A program made the position numbers and the translations under genes. Below the pieces are notes generated by a model. That model did no database searches. It was not told where the DNA came from and was given only the letters and a program-made list of their open reading frames with translations. This document shows positions 48,245 to 58,770 of a DNA stretch of 64,000 nt, one piece after another; the stretch's first letter is position 1, and each line of letters begins with the position of its first letter. Source of the stretch: Candidatus Iainarchaeum sp. (GTDB taxonomy: Archaea; Iainarchaeota; Iainarchaeia; Iainarchaeales; UBA10219). The stretch spans positions 128,001 to 192,000 of the forward strand of contig JAGVWE010000002.1 of NCBI GenBank assembly GCA_018304425.1, given 5' to 3'.

Positions 48245-48811
48245 CTAGGTAAGCAAATAATGAGTGGAAATCTTGCGGGTCTCGGGATTGCCGCAGGCCA
48301 CGCACTTGAGCTGCTGGTCGAACAACTGCAACGGGCCCCGGCACTTCACGCAGTAACCGCGGATGACGCCGAACTCGGGTTCCTTGGTGGACAAGTCGAT
48401 GCCGTACGGCGTTACTTCCGCGACCTTGGCCTCAATGATGTCGCCCACGCGGAACAAGTCGTTCAAGCGCTCCACGAACCGCATGCTCGCGTTGAAGACC
48501 GGAATGGTGGCGAAAGAGTTCAGGATCTGCCTGGGCTCGCCGTCCTTCGAGGCCTCCAGCATTTCCACCATCACCATCTTTTCCTTGATGAGGCTGGCCA
48601 CGCACTTGACGACGGAACCCCTTTCCAGGGGCTTGACTTCCCGGGTCAGCCGCTGCACGCGGGCTTCGTGGTTTCCCTCGTCCAGGTCCTTGAAGCCGAT
48701 GGAAGTGGCGCGCACGCTGCCGTCCACGTGTTCATAGGCGTTGTCGCCTGCGACGAATTCCTCAGCCGTTCCCAGCGGGCTGCCGGGAACCACCAGTTCT
48801 TTTACCTTCAT
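48245..48811 (-). CDS. csl4: Exosome RNA-binding subunit Csl4
   Basis: VVPG..LG..EEF..G, FRVGDIIEAKV, GVIRGYCVKC..LKCVACG.ETRKIS. Confidence 0.92.
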   Translation of the reverse strand: MKVKELVVPGSPLGTAEEFVAGDNAYEHVDGSVRATSIGFKDLDEGNHEARVQRLTREVKPLERGSVVKCVASLIKEKMVMVEMLEASKDGEPRQILNSFATIPVFNASMRFVERLNDLFRVGDIIEAKVAEVTPYGIDLSTKEPEFGVIRGYCVKCRGPLQLFDQQLKCVACGNPETRKISTHYLLT

Positions 48812-48917
48812 GAAAACACCCTGCTGAAACGAAAAAAGAGCCAATAACCGCCTTTTAACCAATTACGGTAGGGAAACGATTTTAAACCAGCGTGTTGTAA
48901 TCCTTTCGGGCACGCAA

Positions 48918-49817
48918 ATGGTGTTGGAAGACATTGTAACCGACCGGATGGCCAGAAAGCACCCCATTGACCTCTTGTTCGTGTCCATCCTGATGTCCTC
49001 GATAGCCATTTGGGGCAGCTACTACATATTCAAGGAAACCACGAGCATCCTGAGCCTGGCCTTCATCACCATGGGGTTGATGCCGTTAATTCACAGCATC
49101 TTCGTGGAAGAAGAGGAAGAAGAAGCCGAAGAACAGGGCCCCGCGGCAGCGTTCCTCGCCCGGCACTTCGACATAATAAAGATTTTGTCCTGGTTCTTCC
49201 TCGGCCTGGTCCTCAGCTACGCCTTCTGGTACGCCACCCTCCCCACCGACAAAGAACAACTCTGTCTGGGCGACACCTGCTTCCCCGCGCCCCTCCGCCA
49301 AAAAGTGTTCGCCGAACAGGAAAAGACCTACAACTTCATCGCGGGAAAGGTCACGGGGCTCGACGCTGCGGCTGCGGGCAACGCGACCCGGGAATCCTGC
49401 CTCGGAAAAGCCCGTGACCTATGGGGGTGCACGGAATTCATTTACGCCAACAACGCCATCGTCCTGGGCCTGGCCATCCTTTTCTCCTTCGTGTGGGGCG
49501 CGGGAACCCTGTTCCTGCTCGGCTGGAACGCGTCCGTCATCGGGGTGTTCATCGGCAAGGAACTCCAAGAGAACGGCCTGGTATCCGGCATCCTCAAGGC
49601 CTTCGGCTACATCCCCCACGGCCTGCCCGAAGTCCTGGCCTACTTCATCGGCTCCATCGCGGGCGGCATCATCTCGGTCTTCATCACCAAGAAAAAATAC
49701 CAGCTCCACGAACCCCAGCAAATCGTGAAAGACGTGCTGTTCCTGCTCCTGCTCGCCTACCTCGTGCTGTTCCTCGGGGCCGTGGTGGAAGCGTACTTCA
49801 TCGTGCAGGGCGCGTAA
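48918..49817 (+). CDS. SpoIIM/DUF95 family membrane protein
   Basis: FIYANN, WNASVIG, PHGLPE, GAVVE. Confidence 0.85.
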   Translation: MVLEDIVTDRMARKHPIDLLFVSILMSSIAIWGSYYIFKETTSILSLAFITMGLMPLIHSIFVEEEEEEAEEQGPAAAFLARHFDIIKILSWFFLGLVLSYAFWYATLPTDKEQLCLGDTCFPAPLRQKVFAEQEKTYNFIAGKVTGLDAAAAGNATRESCLGKARDLWGCTEFIYANNAIVLGLAILFSFVWGAGTLFLLGWNASVIGVFIGKELQENGLVSGILKAFGYIPHGLPEVLAYFIGSIAGGIISVFITKKKYQLHEPQQIVKDVLFLLLLAYLVLFLGAVVEAYFIVQGA

Positions 49818-49823
49818 AAGGAG

Positions 49824-50969
49824 TTATTGCTTGCCTGCCTTCTTCTTGGCCTTCTTTTTCCCGTTGCCTTTTCCCTTGCCCTTTTTCCCGTTCCTGCCGC
49901 GCCGCGAGGCCTCTTTCTTTAAGGCAGCGGCCAGGAGGGGCGCGTACCTGGCCACCAGCTGCTCATCGGATTGCGCGGATGCGGCCTCGGGCTGCGCGGC
50001 TACGCTGGCGCCCAGCTTGCCCGAAATCTGCGCGGCGAGCTTCGAGATTTCCATGGGGAAAACGATTTTCGTGGACTTTCCTTCGGACATCTTTTCGAGG
50101 GCCTTGATGTAATAATAGGAAATGGCCTTGTCCGACAGGTGCTCCGCGGCCTCCTTGACGGCGTCGATTTCCGCCTTGTGGGCCTCGGCCTCCTCCATGC
50201 GCGCCAGCTTCTTCTGCACCGCCGCCTTCTCCTCGTGCATGGCGTCCAGCACGGCCTTGGGGATGTCGATGTCCCTTATCTCCACGGACTGGATTTCCAC
50301 GCCCCAGCCGTGGGCCACCTTTTCCAGCGTGGCCTGGATGCGGCTGTTCAGCTCGTCGACGTTGGAAATGAGTTCCCGCATGGTGAGGGTGCCGCCCACG
50401 TCACGGATTTCCGAGACCACGTAGAGTTCGGCCGCCCGCTTGTAGTCCTCGACCTTGACAACGGAGTTGATGACCGACCTTGGCTCGTCCCGCACCCGCA
50501 AGTAGATGACGGCGTCAATCTTTACCTCGATGCCGTCCTTCGTGACCACGTCCTGCTTGGGGATGTCCACTATTTGGGTCCGCAACTCAACGGTTTCATA
50601 GGTTTCAATGGGCGGCAACAACAGGCACCAGCCCGGGCCCCCCACGCGGTTCACCCTCCCGAAGCGGGAGATGACCGCGCGCTCGTAGTCCGAGAGCGTC
50701 AACAGGAAGTCAAAACGCCACAGCATGAAAACCGCGAATGCCGCGAAGACGAGGGGCACGAGGTTCTGCGCCAAAAAGTTCTGGTTGCCCAGCGCCAAAA
50801 AAAGCACCAAGGCCAAAAGCAGGAGGACCCCCACGAAAACGGCTTCCTTGGGCTTCCTGGTGCCCTCCTTGTGGCCGTGGCCATGGCCGTGGCCGGCCCC
50901 GGCTGGGGCGCCGTGGCTGCCGTGCCCGCCTCCGTAGCCTGAATGGCCGTGTGTTTCCGCCAAAACCAT
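49824..50969 (-). CDS. SPFH/band-7 (stomatin-like) protein
   Basis: YERAVISRFG..GPG, IPKQDVVTKD, WGVEIQSVEIRDI; His-rich N-terminus and Lys-rich C-terminus. Confidence 0.9.
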   Translation of the reverse strand: MVLAETHGHSGYGGGHGSHGAPAGAGHGHGHGHKEGTRKPKEAVFVGVLLLLALVLFLALGNQNFLAQNLVPLVFAAFAVFMLWRFDFLLTLSDYERAVISRFGRVNRVGGPGWCLLLPPIETYETVELRTQIVDIPKQDVVTKDGIEVKIDAVIYLRVRDEPRSVINSVVKVEDYKRAAELYVVSEIRDVGGTLTMRELISNVDELNSRIQATLEKVAHGWGVEIQSVEIRDIDIPKAVLDAMHEEKAAVQKKLARMEEAEAHKAEIDAVKEAAEHLSDKAISYYYIKALEKMSEGKSTKIVFPMEISKLAAQISGKLGASVAAQPEAASAQSDEQLVARYAPLLAAALKKEASRRGRNGKKGKGKGNGKKKAKKKAGKQ

Positions 50970-51084
50970 CCCACACAATACGTCAAATGCCCTCAACCGG
51001 CCCGGCAAGGGCCAATAAATTAATATACGTGCCTCCCCTATATAAATAATTGCCTGCCGACCAAGAAAGGCAAGGAACCATGGA

Positions 51085-52332
51085 ATGCCTAAATACAAGA
51101 GCGTAATGGTGGTCTGCGTGGACCGGGACGATGACCTGGGGAGAAAGGCCAGCGTCCAGGGCCCGGTCGTGGGGCGGAAGGCCTGCCTCAACGCGGCCGC
51201 CAAGCTGGCGCTGGCCGACCCGGGGGACACTGACTCCAACGCCATCTTCGCCACGGTCAAGAAATTCGACGAAGTCAAGAAGGAATTCGAGAACCTGGAA
51301 GTCGTGACCCTGACCGGGCACAGCAAGGCCAGCTTCGAGTCCGACAAGAAAGTCAACGAGCAACTCGACGCCGTCCTGGAAACGTTTCCCGCCGACGCGT
51401 TCATCCTCGTGACGGACGGAGCGGAAGACGACCAGGTCATCCCCATCCTGCAAAGCCGCGCCCCCATTTACTCCAAGGAAGTCGTCATCGTCAAGCAGGC
51501 GCAGGCCGTGGAGTCCACTTATTACACCATCAAGGAGGCCCTGAAGGACCCCGTGCTCGGCAGCATCGTCTTCGGGATTCCGGGCATCATCCTCGTGTTG
51601 TACGCGGTGCTGTTCTTCCTGGGCCAGGAAAAACTGTTCTTCCAGACCATCTCGTTCATCCTCGGCGTGTACCTCATCCTCAAGGGAACGGGCCTCGAAG
51701 AAAAACTGGCCGGCATGGCGTCCAACATCACGAAGGGCATGAGCCTCCAGCGGACGAGCTTCCCCTTCTACCTCGCCATGCTGTTCGTCTTCGGGTTCGG
51801 CTTGATCCAGGCCTATTCGGCCTACTACTCGCCGGAGGGCCTCAACCTGGACCTCACCCTGCGCCTCATCGAACCGGTTTCCTCCATCGTGTTGTTCACC
51901 GCGGTCTCGGCGCTGTGCTACGTCGTGGGAAGGGCCATCGACTCCGTGCACCTGAAGAAGGCCTACCGGCTCAAGAACTACTTCCTGTCCGGGGTGTTCA
52001 TCTTCATCATCTGGTTCATCATCGAGTCCGGGAAGAGCGTGGTCATCGGCGAAGCCGACCTCAACCTCTTCCTGGGCAGCATCGTGTTCAGCTTCGTCAT
52101 CGCCCTGGCAAGCTTCCGCGTCGCGAGCGTGCTGGACGTGCGCAAGAAAATCACGAAACTCCTCATCGGCCTCCCGGTCTACGCGCCGGACGGCCGATGG
52201 GTCGGCAAAGTCGAAAAGGTCGAGGGCCCGGAAAAAACCATCGAATACAAGGACATCAAGTCCAAGAAACTCGTGCAACTCCGCAAAGAACAATTCGTGC
52301 TGCGGGGGGATAGGGTGCTGTTGACGGCGTGA
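51085..52332 (+). CDS. DUF373 family membrane protein with C-terminal PRC-barrel-like domain
   Basis: VCVDRDDDLGRK, LADPGDTDSNAIF, VTDGAEDD, VKQAQAVESTYY; tail LIGLPVYAPDGRWVGKV. Confidence 0.88.
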   Translation: MPKYKSVMVVCVDRDDDLGRKASVQGPVVGRKACLNAAAKLALADPGDTDSNAIFATVKKFDEVKKEFENLEVVTLTGHSKASFESDKKVNEQLDAVLETFPADAFILVTDGAEDDQVIPILQSRAPIYSKEVVIVKQAQAVESTYYTIKEALKDPVLGSIVFGIPGIILVLYAVLFFLGQEKLFFQTISFILGVYLILKGTGLEEKLAGMASNITKGMSLQRTSFPFYLAMLFVFGFGLIQAYSAYYSPEGLNLDLTLRLIEPVSSIVLFTAVSALCYVVGRAIDSVHLKKAYRLKNYFLSGVFIFIIWFIIESGKSVVIGEADLNLFLGSIVFSFVIALASFRVASVLDVRKKITKLLIGLPVYAPDGRWVGKVEKVEGPEKTIEYKDIKSKKLVQLRKEQFVLRGDRVLLTA

Positions 52333-52378
52333 TTTTTCCACCCGCATTTTTATATTCCGGTTGCGTGTAAGGGGTGTT

Positions 52379-52531
52379 ATGGCACGAAGGGTTTCACGCG
52401 TTGTCAGGCGATTCATTCGCCCTTCAGGGGCAAGACACGACGCCGCGAGTGAAGCGGCTAAACCGCCTGGGAAAGCGCGGCCTCGATTTCCTGTCCCGAC
52501 CGATAGCCTTGCAGGGTTTTCCGCTCGTTGA
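52379..52531 (+). other. Short Arg-rich ORF (50 aa) behind a TATA box; possible gene remnant
   Basis: TTTTATA at ~52348, ATG 52379 MARRVSRVVRRFIRPSGARH..., runs antisense into the next gene. Confidence 0.3.
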
Positions 52532-53120
52532 CGACCAAGGCGGGGAGGGCTGAAACGCGGTACTGTTTCTTGAGGACGTCGAGGAAGTCCAGGCCGAGGT
52601 TGGCTTCGAAGGCGAAGACGTAGAGGTTGGGGCGCGAGGCGCGCAGGGCCGTGAGTTCCGCGCCCTGTTTCTGGCAGTCCACGCACCCCTGCGGGCCGGC
52701 CAGGTTGCTGTAAAAGTAGAGCACGGTGTCAAAGGCTGCCTCCGGGCACTGGCGGCGCAAATTGACCAGGTAAAGCCATAACTGGGCATTCAAGAGGGTG
52801 TAGTTCTTCTTGAGTTCCACGAGTTCCAGGGAGCCTGCGTCGACTTCCTCGAGGCGCGTGAGGTCGTTGCCCAGGGCATCCACGCGGTCGGCGAACTTGG
52901 CGACGAAGAAGGGAAAGTTGCGGCAGAAGTCCGGCGTGTCCTTGAGGGTCTCGAAGTAGAGGAGCGTGGTCTTCGCGTCGTTGAGGCTGGAACCTACTTT
53001 GCTGAGCTCGAAGAGGAAGAAGCTGGCGCGCTGCTCGGCGAAGTAGTTGGAGACGAAGACTCCCAACAGGAAGATGACTAGGGTGAGGGCAAAGGCTTTC
53101 GCGAAAACGCTTCTCACCAT
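52458..53120 (-). CDS. Membrane-anchored protein with C-terminal thioredoxin-like domain
   Basis: N-terminal TM; VLYFYS..CVDC..QG, YRVSALPALVVN. Confidence 0.75.
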   Translation of the reverse strand: MVRSVFAKAFALTLVIFLLGVFVSNYFAEQRASFFLFELSKVGSSLNDAKTTLLYFETLKDTPDFCRNFPFFVAKFADRVDALGNDLTRLEEVDAGSLELVELKKNYTLLNAQLWLYLVNLRRQCPEAAFDTVLYFYSNLAGPQGCVDCQKQGAELTALRASRPNLYVFAFEANLGLDFLDVLKKQYRVSALPALVVNERKTLQGYRSGQEIEAALSQAV

Positions 53121-54346
53121 TTCCGGCTCACCCCGCCGAGTTCACGGAACAAGCCCACGAAGAAAGCCAAGCCAATCAGGATGTTCCACACCGTCAAGTA
53201 AAGGACGAGGAAAGGAACATAAACCCATCTGAACTTTTCACGGGAGAGGCTGAAGCTCACTGAAAAGTAGGCGATGAAGAAAGCGAGGGAGACCACGAGG
53301 AAAAAATTTCCGATGGTCGCGAAGTAAATCGGGTTGAGCAGCGAACCCACGTAACTGGCCTGTGACGTGCCCTTCAAGGCGAGCAGGTGGACGAGTTTGT
53401 CCCATGCGAGGGGGATGCCGCCAAGGGTTATCACCGCGCCGCGGGTGAGCAGGACGGCGAGGATGCCGAAGATGATGAAGTTGATGGGGAACACGAACAA
53501 GCCGAGGTTCCGGTAGGCGGGGTTGAAGAACAGGAACGCGTATTTCCGGCCGTTCATGAGCGCGCCCCTATACCATCGTATGCGCTGCTTGAAGAGCTCC
53601 CAAAACGAGTGAGGCGAGACGCTGGAAACGAGGGCGTTCACCGAGTGCTTGATGCGGTAGCCGTTCGTCAACAGCTTCAACGCGACCTCCATGTCCTCGG
53701 ACAGCGCGTGCTCGTCGAACAAGCCGACCTTAATCAGGGCGGACTTTCGGAAGACGCTCAACGGCCCGGGCGTAACAAACAGGCTGTCCAGGAAGTCGTT
53801 GTTTTTCCGGATGTAGTTCATGCCGATGTATTCCACGAACTGGATGCCTTGCAGAATGTTCCTGGGCTCGTGGACGAGGATGGAACTGCTGACCGCGCCC
53901 ACGCGTTCGTCCGCGAAGTAGCCCATCATCTGGCGGAGCGCGTCCGGCCGAACAAAGGAGTCAGCGTCCACGGTGGCAACGAGCTCGCCCTTGGCCTTCC
54001 GGATACCGTGGTTCAAGGCAGAGCCCTTGCCGCCGTTCGGCTTCGAGAAAACCAGCACGCCCTTGAATTGCTTGGCAAGGACAGCCGTGCGGTCCGTTGA
54101 ACCGTCGTCCACGACCAGGACCTCAATTTTTTTCGGGTAGTCGAGGGCGAGCACGCTTCGAATGGTTCCGGCAATCGTGTCCTCCTCGTTGAAGGCCGGG
54201 ATGACGACCGAAACCAGGGGAAACCGCTTCGGCGCTGGGTCGGAAAGCGCTTGCCCCCGGTTTTCAAAAAACAGGATCAGGTAAACCGCGGTGATGAATA
54301 GGAAGAACAGGGTCGAAGACAAAATGAACCAATCATCGAGGGACAA
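53114..54346 (-). CDS. Processive GT2 glycosyltransferase (PgaC/cellulose synthase-like)
   Basis: IPAFNEE, VDDGS, DAD, SED, QRIRW; flanking TM helices; TTG start. Confidence 0.92.
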   Translation of the reverse strand: MSLDDWFILSSTLFFLFITAVYLILFFENRGQALSDPAPKRFPLVSVVIPAFNEEDTIAGTIRSVLALDYPKKIEVLVVDDGSTDRTAVLAKQFKGVLVFSKPNGGKGSALNHGIRKAKGELVATVDADSFVRPDALRQMMGYFADERVGAVSSSILVHEPRNILQGIQFVEYIGMNYIRKNNDFLDSLFVTPGPLSVFRKSALIKVGLFDEHALSEDMEVALKLLTNGYRIKHSVNALVSSVSPHSFWELFKQRIRWYRGALMNGRKYAFLFFNPAYRNLGLFVFPINFIIFGILAVLLTRGAVITLGGIPLAWDKLVHLLALKGTSQASYVGSLLNPIYFATIGNFFLVVSLAFFIAYFSVSFSLSREKFRWVYVPFLVLYLTVWNILIGLAFFVGLFRELGGVSRKW

Positions 54347-54392
54347 ACGCGTTCACCCTACAAGCATTGCCTAGCGTGGCTTTAAAAGCCTT

Positions 54393-56321
54393 TTACTGGG
54401 GGTTGAGGCCCTTCTCGGCCAGGGCCGGTAAAACGCTGGGAATGACGGAGCGCAGCAGCTTCCTGAGGCTGGAAAGCAGTTTGGCCTTGGACTCGGTCTT
54501 CTCAAAGGCGAGCTCCAAGACCTCGGAGAGCGTGGAAACCGGGTGCACCCGGATCTTGGCCAGCTCGGATTTCGGCAGGATGACGTCCTCGAGGTTGGCC
54601 TTGGGCACGATGACTTCCTTGAAGCCGGCCACGATGGCGGCCTGCACCTTGGCCGTTACGCCTCCCACGGGAAGCACTTCGCCGCGCACGCTCAGCGAAC
54701 CCGTCATGGCCAGGCACTGCCTGACCGGGATGTTCTCCAACGCGGAAACCACGGCGGTGGCGACCGAGACACTGGCGCTGTCCCCCTCAACGCCTGAATA
54801 GGTTTGCAGGAACTGGATGTGCAGGTCCTGCATGGAAATGTCTTTGCCGGAAATGCGCTTGATGATGGCGGAAACGTTTTGCACGGCTTCCTTCGCGATG
54901 TCCCCCAGCTTTCCCGTTGCAATCAGCTTGCCTTCCGCGCGCGAGGACGCCGGTGCGACCTCGGCTTCGATGGGCAGCACCAGGCCCGCGTCCCCCTCTC
55001 CCGAAACCGCGAGGCCGTTGACGCGGCCGACCAGCGCGCCCTCTGTGAGGTAGATGCGGTAATCCCTTTTCTCGTCCAGGATCTTGGAAACCATCTGTTG
55101 TTCGAGGGTCCGCGCGGACATCTTGGCCTCGATGACGTCCTGCTCCAAGGCCAGCTTGTGGCCCTTTTCCTTGGCGATGTCGCCGGTAGCGCGCACCAAG
55201 CCCCCGAGGTCACGCAAGCGGAGCGTGAGCTTGTTCTTCCGCCCGGAACGCCTGCGGGCCTCGAACAAAATCAGGTCCGCGGCTTCCCGCGAAAAGTGGG
55301 GGATTTTCCCGTCCTTGCGGACTTCCTGGGCGATGAACTGGTAGATCTTCAGCCGGTTTTCAGGGGTGTCCTCCAGGTCGAGGTTGATGTAGACCTCGTA
55401 CCCGTAGCCGCGGATGCGGCTCCTCAGAGCCGGGTGCACGCGCTGCAGGTCCTCGTAGTTGCCGGCCGCGACCAGGACGAAGTCGCAGGGCACGGGCTCG
55501 GTCCGCGTCATGGCGCCCGAGGACATCTCGCTTTGCCCGGTAATCGGGTACTTCTTTTCCTGCATCGCGGTCAAGAGTTCCTGCTGGGACTTCATGGACA
55601 GCGTCGCAATCTCGTCGATGAAGAGCACGCCGCCCGAGGCACGGTGAATCATGCCGGGCTCCACGCGCAGGTGCGCGGGAGTTCCGAGGCCGCCGCTCTG
55701 CAGGGGATCGTGCCTCACGTCCCCGAGCAGGGCGCCCGCGCGCGCGCCCGTGGCCTCAATGAAGGGCGCGATTTTTTTGCCCGCGTTGTCAATCAAGAGC
55801 CTGGGGGTCGCGGCCCCGGACTTGACGCGCATCTGGGTGCCCAACGCGAAACCGATGAGGAGAAAGCCGCCGAGGATGAGCGTGGCCGCGTACACCACGT
55901 CCGAAATCCATTTCAGGTTCCAAATCACGCTCGTCAAGACGAACCAGGCAAAGGGCAGGAGGAAGCTGAGCAACCGCATGTTGTCTTCCTGGGCCTTGGC
56001 CTCGAGCCTCAACTCGTTCACGATTTTGGCGGCTTCGCCGGCACGCACCATGCGCACCTTGGGGTTGTTGGGGTCCACCTCGTTGGGGTAGACCAGGATG
56101 TCGTGGAGCTGCTGCACGGGCAGCAATTCGGCCATGGCCTGGGCGAGCATGGATTTTCCCGTGCCCGGCAAGCCAACCAAGAGCACGTTCCGCTTCTGGG
56201 CCGCGGCTTTCTTGATGATTTCCCCGGCCTTTTCCTGGCCGATGACCTGGCCGACCAGGGTCCTTGGAACAGGGATTTCGCTGGTGGACTCAAAGGACTC
56301 CAGGACCGACTTGGCTGCCAT
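54393..56321 (-). CDS. lonB: Membrane-bound ATP-dependent protease LonB
   Basis: GLPGTGKS, two TM helices, [28 protein letters not shown]. Confidence 0.96.
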   Translation of the reverse strand: MAAKSVLESFESTSEIPVPRTLVGQVIGQEKAGEIIKKAAAQKRNVLLVGLPGTGKSMLAQAMAELLPVQQLHDILVYPNEVDPNNPKVRMVRAGEAAKIVNELRLEAKAQEDNMRLLSFLLPFAWFVLTSVIWNLKWISDVVYAATLILGGFLLIGFALGTQMRVKSGAATPRLLIDNAGKKIAPFIEATGARAGALLGDVRHDPLQSGGLGTPAHLRVEPGMIHRASGGVLFIDEIATLSMKSQQELLTAMQEKKYPITGQSEMSSGAMTRTEPVPCDFVLVAAGNYEDLQRVHPALRSRIRGYGYEVYINLDLEDTPENRLKIYQFIAQEVRKDGKIPHFSREAADLILFEARRRSGRKNKLTLRLRDLGGLVRATGDIAKEKGHKLALEQDVIEAKMSARTLEQQMVSKILDEKRDYRIYLTEGALVGRVNGLAVSGEGDAGLVLPIEAEVAPASSRAEGKLIATGKLGDIAKEAVQNVSAIIKRISGKDISMQDLHIQFLQTYSGVEGDSASVSVATAVVSALENIPVRQCLAMTGSLSVRGEVLPVGGVTAKVQAAIVAGFKEVIVPKANLEDVILPKSELAKIRVHPVSTLSEVLELAFEKTESKAKLLSSLRKLLRSVIPSVLPALAEKGLNPQ

Positions 56322-56379
56322 ACGAGAATGTAGGGGATTAAGGGTTAATAAACGTTCCTCGCCAAAAGTCGTAGGGGGA

Positions 56380-57294
56380 ATGGGCTTGGGTGTCAAACTC
56401 ACTTTTCTGGGAAGCGGGGCCAGCGCGCCCACCAAGGAACGCATGCCCAGTTGCCTGGCCCTGAACTTTGACGGCCAGAACTTCTTGTTCGACTGCGCGG
56501 AGGGCTGCCAACGCCAGATGCTTGTAGCGGGCGTGAGCCAGTTGAAAATCCAGCACGTGTTCATCACGCACCTGCACGCCGACCACGTCCTGGGCCTCCC
56601 GGGCTTCATCGCGACCAACTCCATGCACTTGCGCGATTACCCCTTGTACGTGCATGGGCCCCGGGGGCTGCGGGAACGCCTCTCAGCGCTCATCGAGACC
56701 GGGCTCATGCGCGTCAACTACGAGGTCATCGTCAAGGAAGCCCACGAGGGAACCATCTTGGAGGGCAAGAACTACTCGGTTTCGGCCGTGAAGCTGCGGC
56801 ACGACGTGCCCTGCTATGGCTACGTCTTCCAGGAAAAGGGGAAGGCGGCGGAGTTCCAGCGGGCGTGGGCGGAAAAGCTGGGCATCCCCGAGGGGCCGCT
56901 GTGGCGGAAGCTGTCCGAAGGCGAGACCGTCGAGGTGGAGGGGAAGAAGTTCAAGCCCGAGCAGGTGCTGGACTACTCGAAGGGCCGCAAGGGCAAGAAG
57001 GTTTGTTACATCACGGACACCGAGCCCTGGGAGCCCTACTTCGAGGCCATCCGGGAAGCCGATGTCCTATGCCACGAGGCCACTTTCCTGGACGCGTTGA
57101 AGGGCCGCGCGCGGGAAACCAAGCACTCCACGGCCCGCGAGGCAGGCCTGGTCGCGGAACACGTCAAGGCCAAGGCCCTGTACTTGATTCACTTGAGCGC
57201 GCGGCACAAGGAAACCCAGCAACTCGAGAACGAGGCCCGCATGGAGTTCGCGAACGCGTTCGCGGCGAAAGACCTGGACGAGGTGGAGCTGTGA
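56380..57294 (+). CDS. rnz: Ribonuclease Z
   Basis: FLGSG...P...R, LFDCAEG, THLHADH, GIPEGP exosite, HEATF, KHST, HLSAR. Confidence 0.95.
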   Translation: MGLGVKLTFLGSGASAPTKERMPSCLALNFDGQNFLFDCAEGCQRQMLVAGVSQLKIQHVFITHLHADHVLGLPGFIATNSMHLRDYPLYVHGPRGLRERLSALIETGLMRVNYEVIVKEAHEGTILEGKNYSVSAVKLRHDVPCYGYVFQEKGKAAEFQRAWAEKLGIPEGPLWRKLSEGETVEVEGKKFKPEQVLDYSKGRKGKKVCYITDTEPWEPYFEAIREADVLCHEATFLDALKGRARETKHSTAREAGLVAEHVKAKALYLIHLSARHKETQQLENEARMEFANAFAAKDLDEVEL

Positions 57295-57992
57295 ACGCCC
57301 TCGTCCTCGCGGCCGGCAAGGGGGAACGGTTGAAGCCCTTGACCGATAGGGTGCCGAAGGCCATGGTTTCCCTGAACGGCCGGCCCCTGTTGTTCCACGT
57401 CCTCGACCGCCTGGTGGAAGCCGGTTGCGACGAAGCCCACATCGTGGTGGGTTACAAGCAGGAATTGATTCGGGAAACGATTGGCAACGCGCACAAGAGC
57501 CTGCTCGTGTTCTACGTGGAGCAGACGGAGCAGCTCGGCACCGGGCACGCCATCCAGCAAGCGGAGGGAACGGTTTCGGGGGATTTCCTGTGCGTGAACG
57601 CGGACGTGCTCGTCGCGCCCTCGCTGTACCAGGAGGTATGGGGAACCCCGGGGTTTGACGTGGTCATCGCCGCGCACCGCTCGGCTGAGCCCTGGAAGTA
57701 CGGGTGCCTGCGGGTGGAAGGAGACGAAGTGGTGGACGTGGTCGAGAAGCCGCCGAAGGGAAGAGAGCCCGGCAACCTGGTGGGGCTCGGGGTGTACCGG
57801 TTGACCCCAAAAATCTTTGAAGCGCTCAAGAAGGTCGGGAAGAGCCCGCGCGGCGAGTTCGAGGTCACGGACGCCTTCAAGTTGCTGGCCCAAGACGGAA
57901 GGGTGGGCTTCGTTGAATACCAGGGCCCATACTACGACATCGGGAGCCCCGAAGGGCTGAAGGAAGCGGAGAAGGCGCTGAAGGAAAAGTAG
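57291..57992 (+). CDS. Sugar-phosphate nucleotidyltransferase (RmlA/GlmU-N-like)
   Basis: LAAGKGERLKPLT...PK, QLGTGHA, VEKP, SPRGEFEVTD; GTG start overlapping the rnz stop. Confidence 0.9.
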   Translation: MNALVLAAGKGERLKPLTDRVPKAMVSLNGRPLLFHVLDRLVEAGCDEAHIVVGYKQELIRETIGNAHKSLLVFYVEQTEQLGTGHAIQQAEGTVSGDFLCVNADVLVAPSLYQEVWGTPGFDVVIAAHRSAEPWKYGCLRVEGDEVVDVVEKPPKGREPGNLVGLGVYRLTPKIFEALKKVGKSPRGEFEVTDAFKLLAQDGRVGFVEYQGPYYDIGSPEGLKEAEKALKEK

Positions 57993-58700
57993 TCAGACCT
58001 TCACGGTCTGGCCGGGCTTCATGATGACGGGCTTGGAGTGGACGACGCTTTTCTCGATGCGGGCCTTGAACTCCGCTGGGTCGGCCTGGATCATGTCAAA
58101 GGTGTTGTAGTGCATGGGAATCGCGTACTTGGGTTTGATGGTCTTCGTGGCCTTGACCGCGTCAATCAAGTCCATGGTGAGGTTGCCGCCGATGGGCAGC
58201 AAGGCGACATCGGCTTTGACCTCGTTGTAAGTGTCCAAGAGCGAGGTGTCGCCGGCGTGGAACACCGAGGAACCGTTGCTGCGGATTAAATAGGCGAGCG
58301 GGTAAAAGGACTGGGGGTAATGGGCTTCCTTGGCCTCGATTTCGAAGCCCTTCAAGCGGAGTTTCTGGTTCATGGCAATCGGCCGGTGCAAAGCGTCATT
58401 GCAGTGGAGTTCGTTCAACACCGAGTCATGCCCGACCACCAGGCAGTTGTCGCGGTTGGCAAAGAATTCAACCGCCTTCTTGTCGAAGTGGTCAAAGCCT
58501 TCCTGGGTCACGAGCAACAAGTCGACCTTTTTCAGGTCCTCTTTCTTGACGGGCGCATTAATGATGCGCTTGAAGGCCGGGTCATCGGTTTGGTTGTGGA
58601 AGTAGGGGTCAATCAAGACATTGCCCACCCCGTTGAAGGCGTTGCCCGCCCCGTTGAAGGACAACAGGAAACTCGAATGGCCTAGGAACTGGACTTTCAA
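57993..58700 (-). CDS. Metallo-beta-lactamase-fold hydrolase (UPF0173-like)
   Basis: FLGHSSF, LIDPY, FHAGDT, LLPIGG..TM, IPMHYNTF; metal motif altered to TQEGFDH. Confidence 0.85.
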   Translation of the reverse strand: MKVQFLGHSSFLLSFNGAGNAFNGVGNVLIDPYFHNQTDDPAFKRIINAPVKKEDLKKVDLLLVTQEGFDHFDKKAVEFFANRDNCLVVGHDSVLNELHCNDALHRPIAMNQKLRLKGFEIEAKEAHYPQSFYPLAYLIRSNGSSVFHAGDTSLLDTYNEVKADVALLPIGGNLTMDLIDAVKATKTIKPKYAIPMHYNTFDMIQADPAEFKARIEKSVVHSKPVIMKPGQTVKV

Positions 58701-58735
58701 CGCAAACCCCTCGACTCCACCCGACAGCGGCCGCA

Positions 58736-58770
58736 TGCTGCGTGCTGCGGGCTGCGTGCTGCGTGCTGCG
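58736..58770. repeat. Heptamer tandem repeat (TGCTGCG)x5
   Basis: Five copies, one with a single substitution, upstream of the MBL gene. Confidence 0.85.

Noticed and set aside
49824-51467. Long N-terminal extensions from the ORF track (SPFH, LonB, RNase Z, nucleotidyltransferase, SsuB)
   Set aside because: Extensions overlap neighbouring genes; downstream starts fit family boundaries and promoters
54393-56321. Possible intein in LonB, a common intein host
   Set aside because: Length and motifs are continuous; no Cys...His-Asn insert
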